From: Octopus bimaculoides | Lineage: Eukaryota | Assembly: GCF_001194135.2 (NCBI RefSeq) | Contig: NC_068998.1 | Span: 40,833,716-40,897,715, forward strand | DNA: 64,000 bases | Direction of reading: 5' to 3' | Shown: positions 40,531-52,260 of the stretch, in pieces | Layout: the number at the start of each line of letters is the position of its first letter | Position numbering within the stretch: the stretch's first letter is position 1 | The notes under the pieces: model-generated | The model's input: only the letters and a program-made list of their open reading frames with translations | Told to the model about the DNA's origin: nothing | The model's database searches: none | Made by a program: the position numbers and the translations under genes

Positions 40531-41059
40531 CTGTAAAGGAATAGAGTCGCCCAAGGTTCCACACATTAGGGCTGTATCCAGAACAATGTGGTTGCAAACC
40601 AAATTCTAAATCACACAGCCATGGCTGAACATTTATCCTAATTTGTAGAATAGAGTGTAGTGTATTCTTGCATTTTCAAAGAGGTGAAATATTTGTCCAT
40701 AACATGCCGCTTGAAAGGGTCTCATCCAATAGCATGGAAAAGCAGAAGTAACAATGATAAGATATATATAATCACTTTAATGTTCACTTTTCCATACTTG
40801 CCTGGATCAGACAGAATTTGCTGAGGCTGAATGTTCTTTCTGTTAATAACCCTCATCTGTTTCCAAAATATTTTCATGAAAGATCACAAGCGACACTACT
40901 TGTATGACAATCATTTACAATTATCATGCAATGTGAAGACATTGAGGCATAAACGCATGCACATGTTTAATGTGTTTGTGTGCATAAAAGGACAAGAAAA
41001 TAATATCTCATCCAAAACTAAATTTTTTTTTTAAAAATCAAAAAATATCAACTGGATTA

Positions 41060-41470
41060 TAGCTGGGAGATAACAGTTTACCTAAAGTAGCTACCCTCAT
41101 TTCCACCGTGGCCTCATGACAGATCCAGAACCTGGTGCATGCGTTCCTCCCTATGTCCCTGGAAGAATCTTTGAACACCTCCATGATATTGGTCACCAGC
41201 TCAGCCTTGGTGTTGCAGGCAGAGCAGTTGGTGTCTTTCTCATTACTTTCATAGTAATCCATGGGGTTAAGTTGAGGGAATTAGAAGGAGAGAATTTGGG
41301 GCTGGTGAAGTAGAAATCCTTTCACAACCATTTCTGACTCTTTCCAGAGGTATGGCAAGGAGACAAATCCTGCTACCACACATATGGCATTCCAGCAGCA
41401 ACCCTCTCCAGCCAGGGCTTGACCACAGTCTCCAGCAGTTTCACAAGGCTACAGAAGGAGGAAACAGTTG
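41060..41470 (-). mobile_element. Tc1/mariner maT-type (DD37D-like) transposase 3' fragment
   Basis: VKPWLERVAAGMPYVW*QDLSPCHTSGKSQKWL..PSNSLNLNPMDYY..EKDTNCSACNTKAELVTNIMEVF..RNACTRF; D-to-D spacing about 37 residues. Confidence 0.8.
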
Positions 41471-42800
41471 ATTTAATAAGAAACCCCAGTGCATGGCTTG
41501 TACTTATTATATCAACCTGTCGTCTGCTTTGGGAAGAATGAAGATTGAATGGCAAAGTCAACCTGGGTAAGAATTAAATTCAGAGAATATTAAAATTCAA
41601 CCAAATAATGATTTTTAACATAAACACAAGGTCAAGAATTTGCAAGGAGGAAATAGTCAATGAAATTTCTTTCTGTACTTAACTGTTTACATCTTTTATT
41701 AACATGAGAAGGACAAAAGGTAATGAGAACCTTAGTAGAATTTGAATTCAGGACTATAAGCAAACAGAACGAATATCACAAGAATTTTGACTGACACTCT
41801 AACAATACTGCCACCATCCATCACTCTCACATCATGAAGTAATTGCTTCTAACTCAGGCAGGAGGCTAGCAATCTTTAAGGGTTAGTCAATTACTTCAAT
41901 CTTAATGTCCGAAAGGATGAAATGCAAAGTTGACTTCAGCTGGATTTGGACTCAGAATCTAAAGAACTTGAACAAATTTGCAAAAATATTTTTGCCTGAT
42001 GCTTGAAAACAATTCTGTCATAATCTACTACGCTCACATGATATGAAATAATATATCATGAGATATGCAATGACATATCACATGAGATATGCAATAAACA
42101 AACATGATTGGTACAAAATCAGGACCATGCCAAGAGGTTAGGGAGGAATATGGATGAAAATATTGATCCTGGTACATGCTTTTTATTTTTATCAATGCTG
42201 GATTAATGACTGACTTTATCAATGCTGGATTGGAGTGATGAATTTGTAGAGTTGTTAGGCTGCTATAGTGATGGATAGAATATCCTGCAACATTTGCTTC
42301 AACCTTCTACACACTGAATTGAAATCCCACTAATACCAACTGTACATATGAAAGGCTTCTTTCAGTTTCTGTCAATCAAATTCACCCACAAGGCTTTGGT
42401 CAGCCTAAAACTATAGTTGAAGACACCCTCGATGCCATAAAGTGGATCTGAGTGCAAAATCATGTGGATGGGACACAAACTTCTTTATACATCTATGCTT
42501 GTATCTATCATCATTTCCAATTTGTTTTCTATGCTGATGAGGGTTAGACTGACCATCAAGGCTTGAATCACTTCTTATTGGGAGCAACTGCTCCTAAGAA
42601 CTGGTGTGTTTTGTATGACTTGTTGCCTTTCCCAGCTATAACCATTTTACAGAGAATACAATGTGCATTTTCTGATGGCACCGACACTAGAGAGACTGAA
42701 TACTCCCCTGAGAGACAAGACATCACAAACCTACACTCTCTATAACCTTTTAACCAACCACTTTACAGTGTGTAAACTATGTAGAAAGCCTTGTATACAA

Positions 42801-43175
42801 TATTCATTTATTTGTTTCAGTCATTTGACTGAAGCACCGTCTTGAAGGATCTTAGTTGAACAGATCAGTAAGCCTAGTACTTATTCTATTGGCCCCTTTT
42901 GCTGAACTGCTAAGTTATGGGGATGTAAACACACCAACACCAATTGTCAAGCACTGATGGGGTGACAAATACAGACACACACACACACACACATATAGAT
43001 ATAAATATACACATAATGGGCTTCTTTCAGTTTCTGTCTGCCAAATCCACTCACAAGGCTTTGGTTGGCCCAAGGTTATATTAGAAGACACTTGCCCAAT
43101 GTGCCATGCAGTAGGACTGACTCTGGAACCATGTGGTTGAGAAGAAAGCTTCTTACCGTACAGCCATGCTTGCTT
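42801..43175 (-). mobile_element. CORE-type SINE (family A), full length, CpG-decayed
   Basis: Tail ttgtttcagtcatttgactg through head cttcttaccgtacagccatgc; CG>TG/CA changes relative to the 54974 copy. Confidence 0.9.
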
Positions 43176-43609
43176 CTACACAAAAATCTACCCAGGTATG
43201 GCTGTGTAAAGGAAGGCTGAGTTCTGTGGTTAAAATGTTTGCTTTGTGGGTTTAGGTTAAGTCCTACGGCATAGCATCTTGGGTAAGTATCTCCTTATAT
43301 AACTTTGGTCTGACCTAAGTCTTGGTAGATAGAAACTTAAGGAAGCTTGTCATATATGTATATGCATACATGTGGATAGACATAAATATACAAGTATGTA
43401 TATGTTGATGTCTCCTTGGTGTGCTAGTTGTAAATGAATGTTGCTTTCGAAAAAGCTGTCATTTGGTTGCAATTTTCTGTAAAAACATGTCTGGCCATTG
43501 TGCTGTTTGTGTAAAAATGACAAGCAGAAATATTAACTTACAAGAAACCCAGTGAAGATTGTCAACAGAAAGAGCATTTTCTCTGTCTCTGCAAGAACGG
43601 AAAAGTGAT

Positions 43610-43630
43610 GGAAACTGAAAGAAGCCTCTG

Positions 43631-43667
<37 letters not shown>

Positions 43668-43885
43668 CATATCTTATGTGTGTGTGTCTTTGTTTGTCCC
43701 TCCACCATCACTTAACAACTAGTGCTGGTGTTTACATCCCCATAACTTAGAGGTTTGGTAAAAGAGACTGACAGAATAAGCAACAGGCTTTTAAAAAATA
43801 CATACTGGGTTGATACATTTGACTAAGAATTCTTCAAGGCAGTGCCCCAGCATGGCCGCAGTCTTATGACTGAAACAAGTAAAAT
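43610..43885 (+). mobile_element. CORE-type SINE (family A), 3' part
   Basis: gaaactgaaagaagcc...gtttgtccctccaccatcac...gcagtgccccagcatggccgcagtcttatgactgaaacaagtaaaa. Confidence 0.85.
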
Positions 43886-44606
43886 CCACTCATAAAGTTT
43901 TAGTTGACCCACAGGTATAGTAGAAGACACATGCTGAATGTGGGATTGAACCTAAGACCACACGAATGGGAAGCAAGCTTCTTAACCACACAGCCTCTGT
44001 TAATAAATTACGGCCTTGTGCCTATGTAAGAAATCAATATATTTGCAGTTTGAGATGTGTGCAATGATGTACTGCTGGACATACAGCAAGCCAGTGCAGT
44101 CAATGCTGCTAAACACAAAGGAGCACATGACAATGGTGGGGATGGTGGTAGTTGTTGCAGTGAGGATGATGATGATGATGATGATGATAATACACACAAC
44201 GCACAGATACATATATATATATATTATATTATATATAAACCAATTCATGGAAAAGACAGATACAAAAATGAACAAATACATTACACACACACACACACAC
44301 ACACATATATTAAGTTGTCAGAGTAAATCTTCAACTTACTAAAAATACAAACTAGGTGATACGATATAATTCAGGAAAATCATTGTTGATGTTTTAATGA
44401 TCATTCTTTCAAAATATAAAAGGAAAATAAAATGCACTAAAACACACATACATACAAGTAACCACACAGAGACAATATGGTGCTGCAGGAAAGCTGGCTG
44501 CAGTTACTAAGATGAAACCATTAGAAAACTCCGAGTGTAAATATGTATGTGAAAGTGGGCAGTGGCAATTTGAATGGGGTGGGTGTACACAAAATGAATA
44601 TATATA

Positions 44607-44639
<33 letters not shown>

Positions 44640-45109
44640 ACTGAAATGGAGGGAACAACTACTACGAATATGGAAACTGACCTGCTGAGTCCCATCCGAA
44701 CAAGAGAAGAAAATTCCATGGTTCATCGAGACATAGGTGTCGAATATTCAACTGGAGTGCAGTTTCCATGGTGTCTTTGCAGAGCAAGTTAAGAGGACAG
44801 CAGTCTCGCTGCACAGAGTGAAGAGCCAGCCAGTTTGAGTCGAGCTAATTTGACAGCGACACAAGGTGAGGTTTTTCAATAAAGCTGGCTCTTTTGTCGA
44901 CTGATAGTAGATAGGTAGAGCACCTTTGATGGATGGATACACAGTGGAGACAGCTGAGGATATGTATATATATAGTGATCATCGAAACAGAATGAATATA
45001 CACTCGGTCTTACACACACACACTGATAAAATAAAATACACACACAAACATATAGATACATACATGCAAGTACACTACACAAATATGCATATATATATAT
45101 TTCGTTTTT

Positions 45110-45368
45110 GGATTTGGTTTGCAAGATTTTTTAATGTGATTTTGTGTGTTGAAGCATATTCTGTTGAGTCTGGGGAGAGTCATTTTCTTATCGTGCCTTA
45201 AATTTTCTTTGCATCTTGCAATCTTTTCAATAGTCTTGACTCAAGACTATTGAAAAGGTTGCAAGACGCAACGAAAATTTTAGGAAAATAAGAAATAAGT
45301 GGAGATTTTAACGGTGAGTGTGTTAAATTTAAGGCACGATAAGAAAATGACTCTCCCCAGACACAATA

Positions 45369-45371
<3 letters not shown>
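45110..45371. mobile_element. Penelope-type fold-back inverted repeat 1
   Basis: tctggggagagtcattttcttatcgtgccttaaatt mirrored by aatttaaggcacgataagaaaatgactctccccaga; perfect centre aatagtcttga-c-tcaagactatt at 45240; (TA)n on the right. Confidence 0.65.
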
Positions 45372-45402
<31 letters not shown>

Positions 45403-46380
45403 TCCCTTGTTTATAGGCATACACGTGGCTGTGTGGTAAGAAGCTTGCTTCTCAACTACTTGGTTCCAGGTTCAGTCCCACTGTGTAGCACCTTGGGCAG
45501 ATGTCTGCTACTATAGCCTTGGGCTGACCAAAGCCTTGTGAGTGGATTTGATATATATACATATAGACACACAAATACACTAGACATACAACATTTATAA
45601 ATATGCCATACACACACACACATATATATATGTGCTACTTATAATACTTTGCAATCATTATGATGATGATGATGATGATCATCATCATCCTAAGTCCATT
45701 CTGACATCAATTTGACGTATCTTTCCATATCATGGCAATTTGTTGTAGTCTTTTGTCACCTAGTATCTGGCAGCACAGAAAATTGGCCATCCCTGTGGCT
45801 CATGTTATAGTTTTTACAGCTTGATGCCCTTCCCATACTGTAAATTGGGCTGGGTGCATTTTATTGAGCCACTGGGTACAAGAGAAAATAGCTGCAGCTG
45901 GACCAGAGTTGCTCTACCCAGAATAAGTATTTATATTCAGAATTAGTGCTCTCCTAGAAAGATTGCCTCCTCATCTGGGGTTGTTTTCAAAATATCCATA
46001 AATACCCACTTTGTTGCTTTCTATTTTTGATTTATTTTGTATTGAAATGCAAGTTAGATAGTACATACACATCATAATTATATGTACATTATATATATAT
46101 ATATACATATGAAATTACGATAATTTCAATGTCGTGATTAGCGAAAGCGAAACAGGTCTCTTTCACTTATAAAATATATTAGAACTATGTAAATTGTGTG
46201 CATTTTCCTTCTTTTATTTTGTATCTATATATAGAATATGAGGGGTTTAGCTCACTTGTGATCTAAACGAATAAGTACGCTGGGTAAGTGCTATAGTTGG
46301 TCAACCATTAGGTTCCAAGATCACAACTAAGGCTGGGTGTAGGGATCTGTGTTAGAGTTCCGTTATAACATGTATATATT

Positions 46381-46944
46381 ATATTAGAGGAAAAATTAAA
46401 ACCAAGGCAGAACGAGTACCTCAAGTCATTTAGAATAAATTAATTAGGGTAAGGTGAATTTGAAGTTTTACAGCTATTTCTGGGATAACCCAAGTAGTTG
46501 GCTAGCATATCCATGCGCTAGGTATTCCGTCATCAGACACGGCATGAATATTTTGGACAAGGAAAATTTACAGTTTACAAGAAATAAAATTTACAGTTTA
46601 TAAGGAATAAAATAGTAAAACAGTGATGCATATCTTCTTGGAAAAGATGAGTTGTTAACATTATTCTCCTGCATATATTCTTCTAACAACTTTTACTTTT
46701 TATTCTTCTATTTTACTACTTTATTCTTTATAAACTGTGAATTTTATTTCTTGTAAATTGTAAATTTACCTCGTCCAAAATATTCACACCATGTCTCTGA
46801 TGACGGAATACCCAGTGCACAGATATGCTAACCAACCACTTGGGTTATCTCAGAAACAGCTATAAGACTTCAAATTCACCTTACCCTAATTAAATTATTC
46901 TAAATGACTTGAGATGCTCGTTCTGCCTTGGTTTTGATTTTGCC

Positions 46945-46952
<8 letters not shown>
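46381..46952. mobile_element. Penelope-type fold-back inverted repeat 2 (~240-bp arms, ~85-bp spacer)
   Basis: 46381-46620 is the imperfect reverse complement of ~46700-46952 (attagagg..aaaaccaaggcagaacgag / ctcgttctgccttggtttt..cctctaat); followed by (TA)n. Confidence 0.75.
46793..46868 (+). ncRNA. type I hammerhead-ribozyme-like motif of a Penelope-like element
   Basis: GTCT(46793-96) CTGATGA(46797-803) [stem II region] GAAA(46853-56) CAGCTA TA(46863-64) AGAC(46865-68); GTCT/AGAC forms stem I. The mirror arm has TAGCTG-TA, so the ancestral loop is the palindrome CAGCTG. Confidence 0.55.
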
Positions 46953-46999
<47 letters not shown>

Positions 47000-47832
47000 A
47001 ATCTTTTTAGGAATGGTGAATCTTGAAGTAGATAAAGCTATAAATAATAGCATGTAAATATTAATTAAAAATCCTTTTGGATGGAAAAAGCCTAAGGATG
47101 CTCAAGGTACTTGAACCCATATCTCCTGTAAACAGGTTTACTTTTTCTATCCAAAGGGGTTTTTAACCCAATATTTACAGCTCTATTTGCTTCAAGATTC
47201 ACTCTTCCAAAGAAAATTTATTTCATGTTCTTAAAGTTTCTAAATTCTTATATCATCAAAACCAACATACATAGACCATACGCATGCACACACACACACA
47301 CACACCTTTCTATTGTTTTCCTTTTTTAAATTGCGGTTATCTATCGGTTGCAACTCCTGACAGACTCGTCACTGTTGTTTAGGTGATGGAGCAGGGTCTA
47401 AACTCAGAATCTTAGAGGATTTTAAGAATTCTATGCATCCACTGCCCTGGACTGGTACCTTTCTATTGATCCTGAAAGAATGAAATTCACAGCATGACCT
47501 TGTTGGGATTTGAAATTGGAATGTAGAAAATCAAAACAAATACTGCAAGGCATTCCATCCAACACTTCTATTTTTTCATGCTGGCGAAGATAGAAAGGGC
47601 CAATTCCATTGTATATGTTCTCTTGTCTTGATCCCTTGTTATCTCATTCACAATGTTTAGCATCCTGTAATCAGGTTTAATGGTTTCATCTTGTACAGGC
47701 CCCTTTCATCCTTCATATGTATCCCATGTCCCTATTAGTGCAGTCTTGTCTCTTGTACACAATGGATGATTTCTGGAATGTCTATTTTCTCTCATTGTTC
47801 ACTCATGCTTCACTGTTCCATGAATTCTTTTA

Positions 47833-48178
47833 TTCTTTTACTTGTTTCTGTCATTTGACCATGGCCATGCTCCAAGACTTATTCTTTCTAAGCCTAGTAC
47901 TTATTCTATCAGTTTCTTGTTGCTGAACCACTGAGTTACAGGGACGTAAACGCACCAACATTGGTTGTCAAGCAATGGTGGTGGGACAAACACAGATACA
48001 TACACACACAAATACATACATACATATATATATATATATGAGACGGGTTTCTTTCAGTTTCTATCTACCAAATCTGAGGATATAGTAGAAGATACTTGTC
48101 TGAGGTGCCACACAGTGGGATTAAACTCGGAACCATTTGTTTGGGAAGCAAGCTTCTTACCACACAGCCACGCATGCT
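47833..48178 (-). mobile_element. CORE-type SINE (family A), near full length
   Basis: Tail tcttttacttgtttctgtcatttgacc to head gcttcttaccacacagccacgcatgc. Confidence 0.9.
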
Positions 48179-48671
48179 GACATTACATTAACAGTGTATA
48201 TATATATTTGCCTAATTTCTTTCCTACATTCACTCATTCTTCACATTCAGTGGTTATATCTCACTACCATGCAACCATCTCACTCTATAATCAAGCATTA
48301 TATTGTCTGCCCCTTAACACAAAGAGAGAAAAATTTCACTCACAAGGAGAAACAACAGTTCATGAAATGTTTTCTACCCTGTCCTAATTCTAGTTACTAT
48401 GTCATAGCACCTACTTTTAAACTGCTAATTAGGTCATATAGGTAACAGGTGTCATCTATCTAGCCTTCTGGGCAGTTGAAAGATTGTGTTCCATGAGTGC
48501 TCTTAAAACTAAGTGCTCCTGCTCATCTGTTACATATGTAGTAGTCTTTCCTTTGAGGTTGTCTGTTCGAAATTTAGTAGTACTTCTGTCCCTTTTACAC
48601 ATTGTATGCACAATATAGAGTTCCTAACTAGTTGTTGATTTTTTTACAAACTGAGCACAAAGTTCTATAAT

Positions 48672-49140
48672 TCATCATCATCATCGTTTAACGTCCGCTT
48701 TCCATGCTAGCATGGGTTGGACGATTTGACTGAGGACTGGTGGACCAGGTGGCTACACCAGGCTCCAATCTGATTTGGCAGTTTCTACAGCTGGATGCCC
48801 TTCCTAAACACCAACCACTCTGAGAGTGTAGTGGGTGCTTTTACGGCAGTACTGGCAACGGCCACGCTCGAAATGGTGTATTTTACCTGCACAGGAGCCA
48901 GTCCAGCGGTACTGGGAACGATCTCGCTCGAATGTCTTTTCATGTGCCAGGAAGGCGACGTTGGTAATGATCACGCTCAAATGGTGCTATTTACATGCCA
49001 CCGGCACGGAAGCCAGACAGCTGGTGCTCTGGCAACGATCGCGCTTAGACGGTGCTCTTAGTGCTCCACTGGTACAGGTGCCATCACGATTTCGCTTTCA
49101 CTTGCCCCAACAGGTCTTTGCAAGCCGAGTTTAGTGTTCG
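48672..49140 (-). mobile_element. young RTE-type 3' end (~470 bp) with internal degenerate repeats
   Basis: (CAT)n-cgtttaacgtccgctttccatgctagcatgggttggacg...; CpGs retained; recurring units such as tactggcaacggccacgctcgaaatggtg / tactgggaacgatctcgctcgaatg / gttggtaatgatcacgctcaaatggtg / ctctggcaacgatcgcgcttagacggtg. Confidence 0.85.
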
Positions 49141-49199
49141 ATGAAAGAGGGTGCCAGTCTACAAATTTAGTTCTAAAATTTTTGACTTCACTTGATTGA

Positions 49200-49911
49200 C
49201 TTTTTACCTTCTCAACCCTGGAACTTTTTCTCTAATTCATTGAGTCATATGGTTATGAGAAGTAGTTCAGCAACATGTAGGAGCTCCCACTGACAGTAGG
49301 CCTTAAATTCTGCTATCATGGTCTGATAAACCGTAATAAACAAGAGTGGGAGAAGTTTGAGAACCGAGGTCTCATAGACACCTATCTGCAGGCTAAATTT
49401 TTTTAATGAACTAATTGTTAAACTTTCTTTTTGCTGATCAGTAGTTCTGTTGGTAGCTTGCATGACTCTCACAAACCATTCATCTACTCCTAGTTTTTCT
49501 TAGTGACTACCAGATTACAGGGTGTGTTAGCCTATCAACAATTTTCTTCAGGTTAACAGATATTAACTCTTGGATGAGAATTTCTTCTGTATCTGTCTCA
49601 TGAAAAATAAGGCACTAGTAGATCCTTGCATCTCAACTAAGCTAATTCATCAGTTTGATAGCCCAAGTAATGAAAGTAATGGACAAAGTTATATTGTAGT
49701 TAAGCTGCACTATAACTGTCCCATCTGTTTCATACACTTCCTTTGCAATGTTGCTATATTTGCCAGTCACTGGAGACAACACAACTTTGCACTATTTGTT
49801 TGACTATGCAAGTGACCAGCATGTTACCTTACTTCACTAGATATTTCCAATATTCCAGTGATTACCCTTGATAATCTTGCTGCTTTCCCAGTTTGGAGTA
49901 TATAACTTTTA
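49200..49911 (-). mobile_element. old RTE-clade LINE reverse-transcriptase fragment
   Basis: Mixed-frame TGKAARLSRVITGILEIS / VNLKKIVDRLTHPVIW*SLRKLGVDEWFVRVMQA / QIGVYETSVLKLLPLLFITVYQTMIAEFKAYCQWELLHVAELLLI matches RTE RT (KAFDRVP..IWW..RKLG.DEW / GVHQGSVLSPLLF / CPWELLYADDL). Confidence 0.8.
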
Positions 49912-51258
49912 CTAAAAGAAAGCAATTATTTAAAGTCTACACAGTCTCGAAAATTCTTATGAATTCCAATTTTATTACATTTTTATCAAAATGTGGTTTT
50001 CTAGTTTCTTTAATCCTTAAGATTTCATCTCCACAATTCATTTACAAAAACTAACCGTTATTCATTGCAAGATGGTGTTTTTTTGCACCTCTATCCATGA
50101 CAAGGAATCAAAACAGAGTGCTGTCAGGGTGAAATGAAAATATACAGACACATTTGGGTGTAGACATGGGACATAAAAGTTAAACAATACACATAATTAG
50201 GGTTTTTATTTATTTGTTTTAAGCTGATGATTTAGTTTGTCACTAACCCAAATTTCTTTGCTTGTGAACAAGTCATTTGTTCCTGTGACAAAGAACTGAA
50301 GAATGCTTGCATCAAATTTGAACAGATATATATATATATATATATATACATTCAAACCTTTGGTTTAATGTATGTTGTTTTTCCATGCAAGCATGGAATA
50401 TATTTAATGAACATATTAACGAGGCATTGTTTTACAGCCAGATGCCCATCCTTATTTGTTTTTGAAGTAAGGGTTCCATTATTTAATATTTTTTGAGCAA
50501 GCAAAGTGATTGGATAATTTGTTCATAAGTGACAACATTTCTTATACTTCTGGTGTTTTGTAGCCTACAAATGTAAACACACAAGCTGACACACACACAA
50601 ATATACATATATAGCTGCATATATCCTTGTAATACACAAGCATGGTGGGAAGGTTAAAAAATTTTATTCCTAACCACACGGCTTCAAGTTCAGTCTCATT
50701 GCATGGGATTATGGGCAAGTATCTTCTACTATAGCACTGGGTTGACCAAAGCCTTACGAGAGGACTCAGTACACAGAATCTAAAAGAAGGCCATTGTATA
50801 TGTCTGCTTGTGTTTCCTTGTTTTGAGATTGTGCAAGCAGTGTCCTTTGTTTCCAATCTTCCAAGAAAACATGTCCGACCATGGGGAAATATAACTTTGC
50901 TTGGAAACAAGTGAGGATTGGTGAGAGGAAAGGCATTTGTCCATAAAAAATGTTTCAATGAATTTTGTCTTACCTGTGCTAGCACAGAAAAGTGGATATT
51001 AAAATGACAACACACACCATTAACTAAGTGAGTGAAATCTGATGCTGAAAGAAGATCTATATAATGTAATAAATAATCATTTGTCACACAGCATGTCTCA
51101 GAAGGAAGCATAGTTGATCAATCATATTGTAGAGTACTCTAATACATGTTTTATCAACCCCAGAAGACAAGATGGACAAAGCAAATTTGGTCTATATAAT
51201 ATTTGAACTTACTGAGGGAGAGAGCTATGGAAGTAAATACTGTATAAGACATTTTTAA

Positions 51259-51442
51259 CACTTTAGTATTCAGATTATTCTGTCGAGTGTAATGCTTTTC
51301 ATTCATATTGATTTTAATTAATCATGCATTACTTTGTAGCTTGGAAATTATGATGATGTGGTTGTATATTTTATAATAGTATCAAAGGGCTGATGTGATA
51401 AGCTGGATCTGACTGGTTATGGCTGGTTTAAATGCTACAACA
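51259..51442. mobile_element. TTAA piggyBac-like MITE (family 2), decayed
   Basis: TTAA|cactttagtattcagatt ... ggtttaaatgctacaaca|TTAA; body matches 15506-15713. Confidence 0.55.
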
Positions 51443-51710
51443 TTAAGTCCCATGATGTACTAGTGTTTGTTAGACGCTGTATTTGCTGTTTTGTATAAAA
51501 CACAAAAAAGAAACAATATGAAAACAACTTTAAATTTTATTTCAAATTAAGAACTGCATATGTGTGTGTAAAGTCAAGAAGCTTGCATGGCAACCATGTG
51601 GTTTCAGGTTTAGTCCCACTACACAGCACCTGGGACAAATATCTACCACTATGGCTGCAGGCTGATGAATGCCATATGAATGAATTTGGTAGATAGAAAC
51701 AGCTCTCCTA

Positions 51711-51922
51711 AGGCGGCGAGCTGGTAGAGACGTTAGCACACCGGGCGAAATACTTAGCGGTATTTCGTCTGCCGCTACGTTCTGAGTTCAAATTCTGCCA
51801 AGGTCAACTTTGCCTTTCATCCTTTTGGGGTCGATTAAATAAGTACCAGTTATGCACTGGGGTTGATATAATTGACTTAACCCGTTTGTCTGTCCCCTTG
51901 TGGGCAGTAAAGAAATAAGAAA
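51711..51922 (+). mobile_element. Nin-domain-type SINE (family B), young
   Basis: aaggcggcgagctggtagagacgttagcacaccgggcgaaatacttagcggtatttcg...gagttcaaattctgccaaggtcaactttgcctttcatccttttggggtcgattaaataagtaccag...gtaaagaaataagaaa. Confidence 0.9.
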
Positions 51923-51946
51923 CTGCGTGGAATGTTACCATATATG

Positions 51947-51984
<38 letters not shown>

Positions 51985-52260
51985 CACCATCATCATCAAT
52001 GTTTCTTTTTCCATGCTGGGTATGGGTTGGGTGGTTTGGCCAGAGCTGGTAAGGCCAGGGGCTGCACCAGGCTCCGTTGTCTGTTCTGGCATGGTTTTTA
52101 TGGCTGCAGCCCTTGTTAGCACCAACACGCCACAAAGTGCTTTTTATGTGGCACCAACACATGTATCAATTCTGCTGAGGTGGATGGCTCTTCTTGAGTA
52201 TAGCAAGGCACCAGATATCTTGGTCCTTTGTCACCCCCTTCGTAGGGCTCCATGGCATGT
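51985..52260 (-). mobile_element. decayed RTE-type 3' tail
   Basis: catcatcatcaatgtttcttttccatgctgggtatgggttggg...gctgcaccaggctcc. Confidence 0.6.

Noticed and set aside
46134-46158. Hammerhead-like GTGATTA-GC-GAAA-GC-GAAA-CAGGTC
   Set aside because: Two core mismatches and no stem I pairing.
49835-49911. Apparent minus-strand exon with good acceptor and donor (KSYILQTGKAARLSRVITGILEISSE)
   Set aside because: It is the TGKAPGP region of the decayed RTE ORF that continues to 49.2 kb.
50224-50299. C/D snoRNA-like CTGATGA...CTGA
   Set aside because: Imperfect C box, weak terminal stem and no rRNA/snRNA guide I could identify; needs snoScan to revive.
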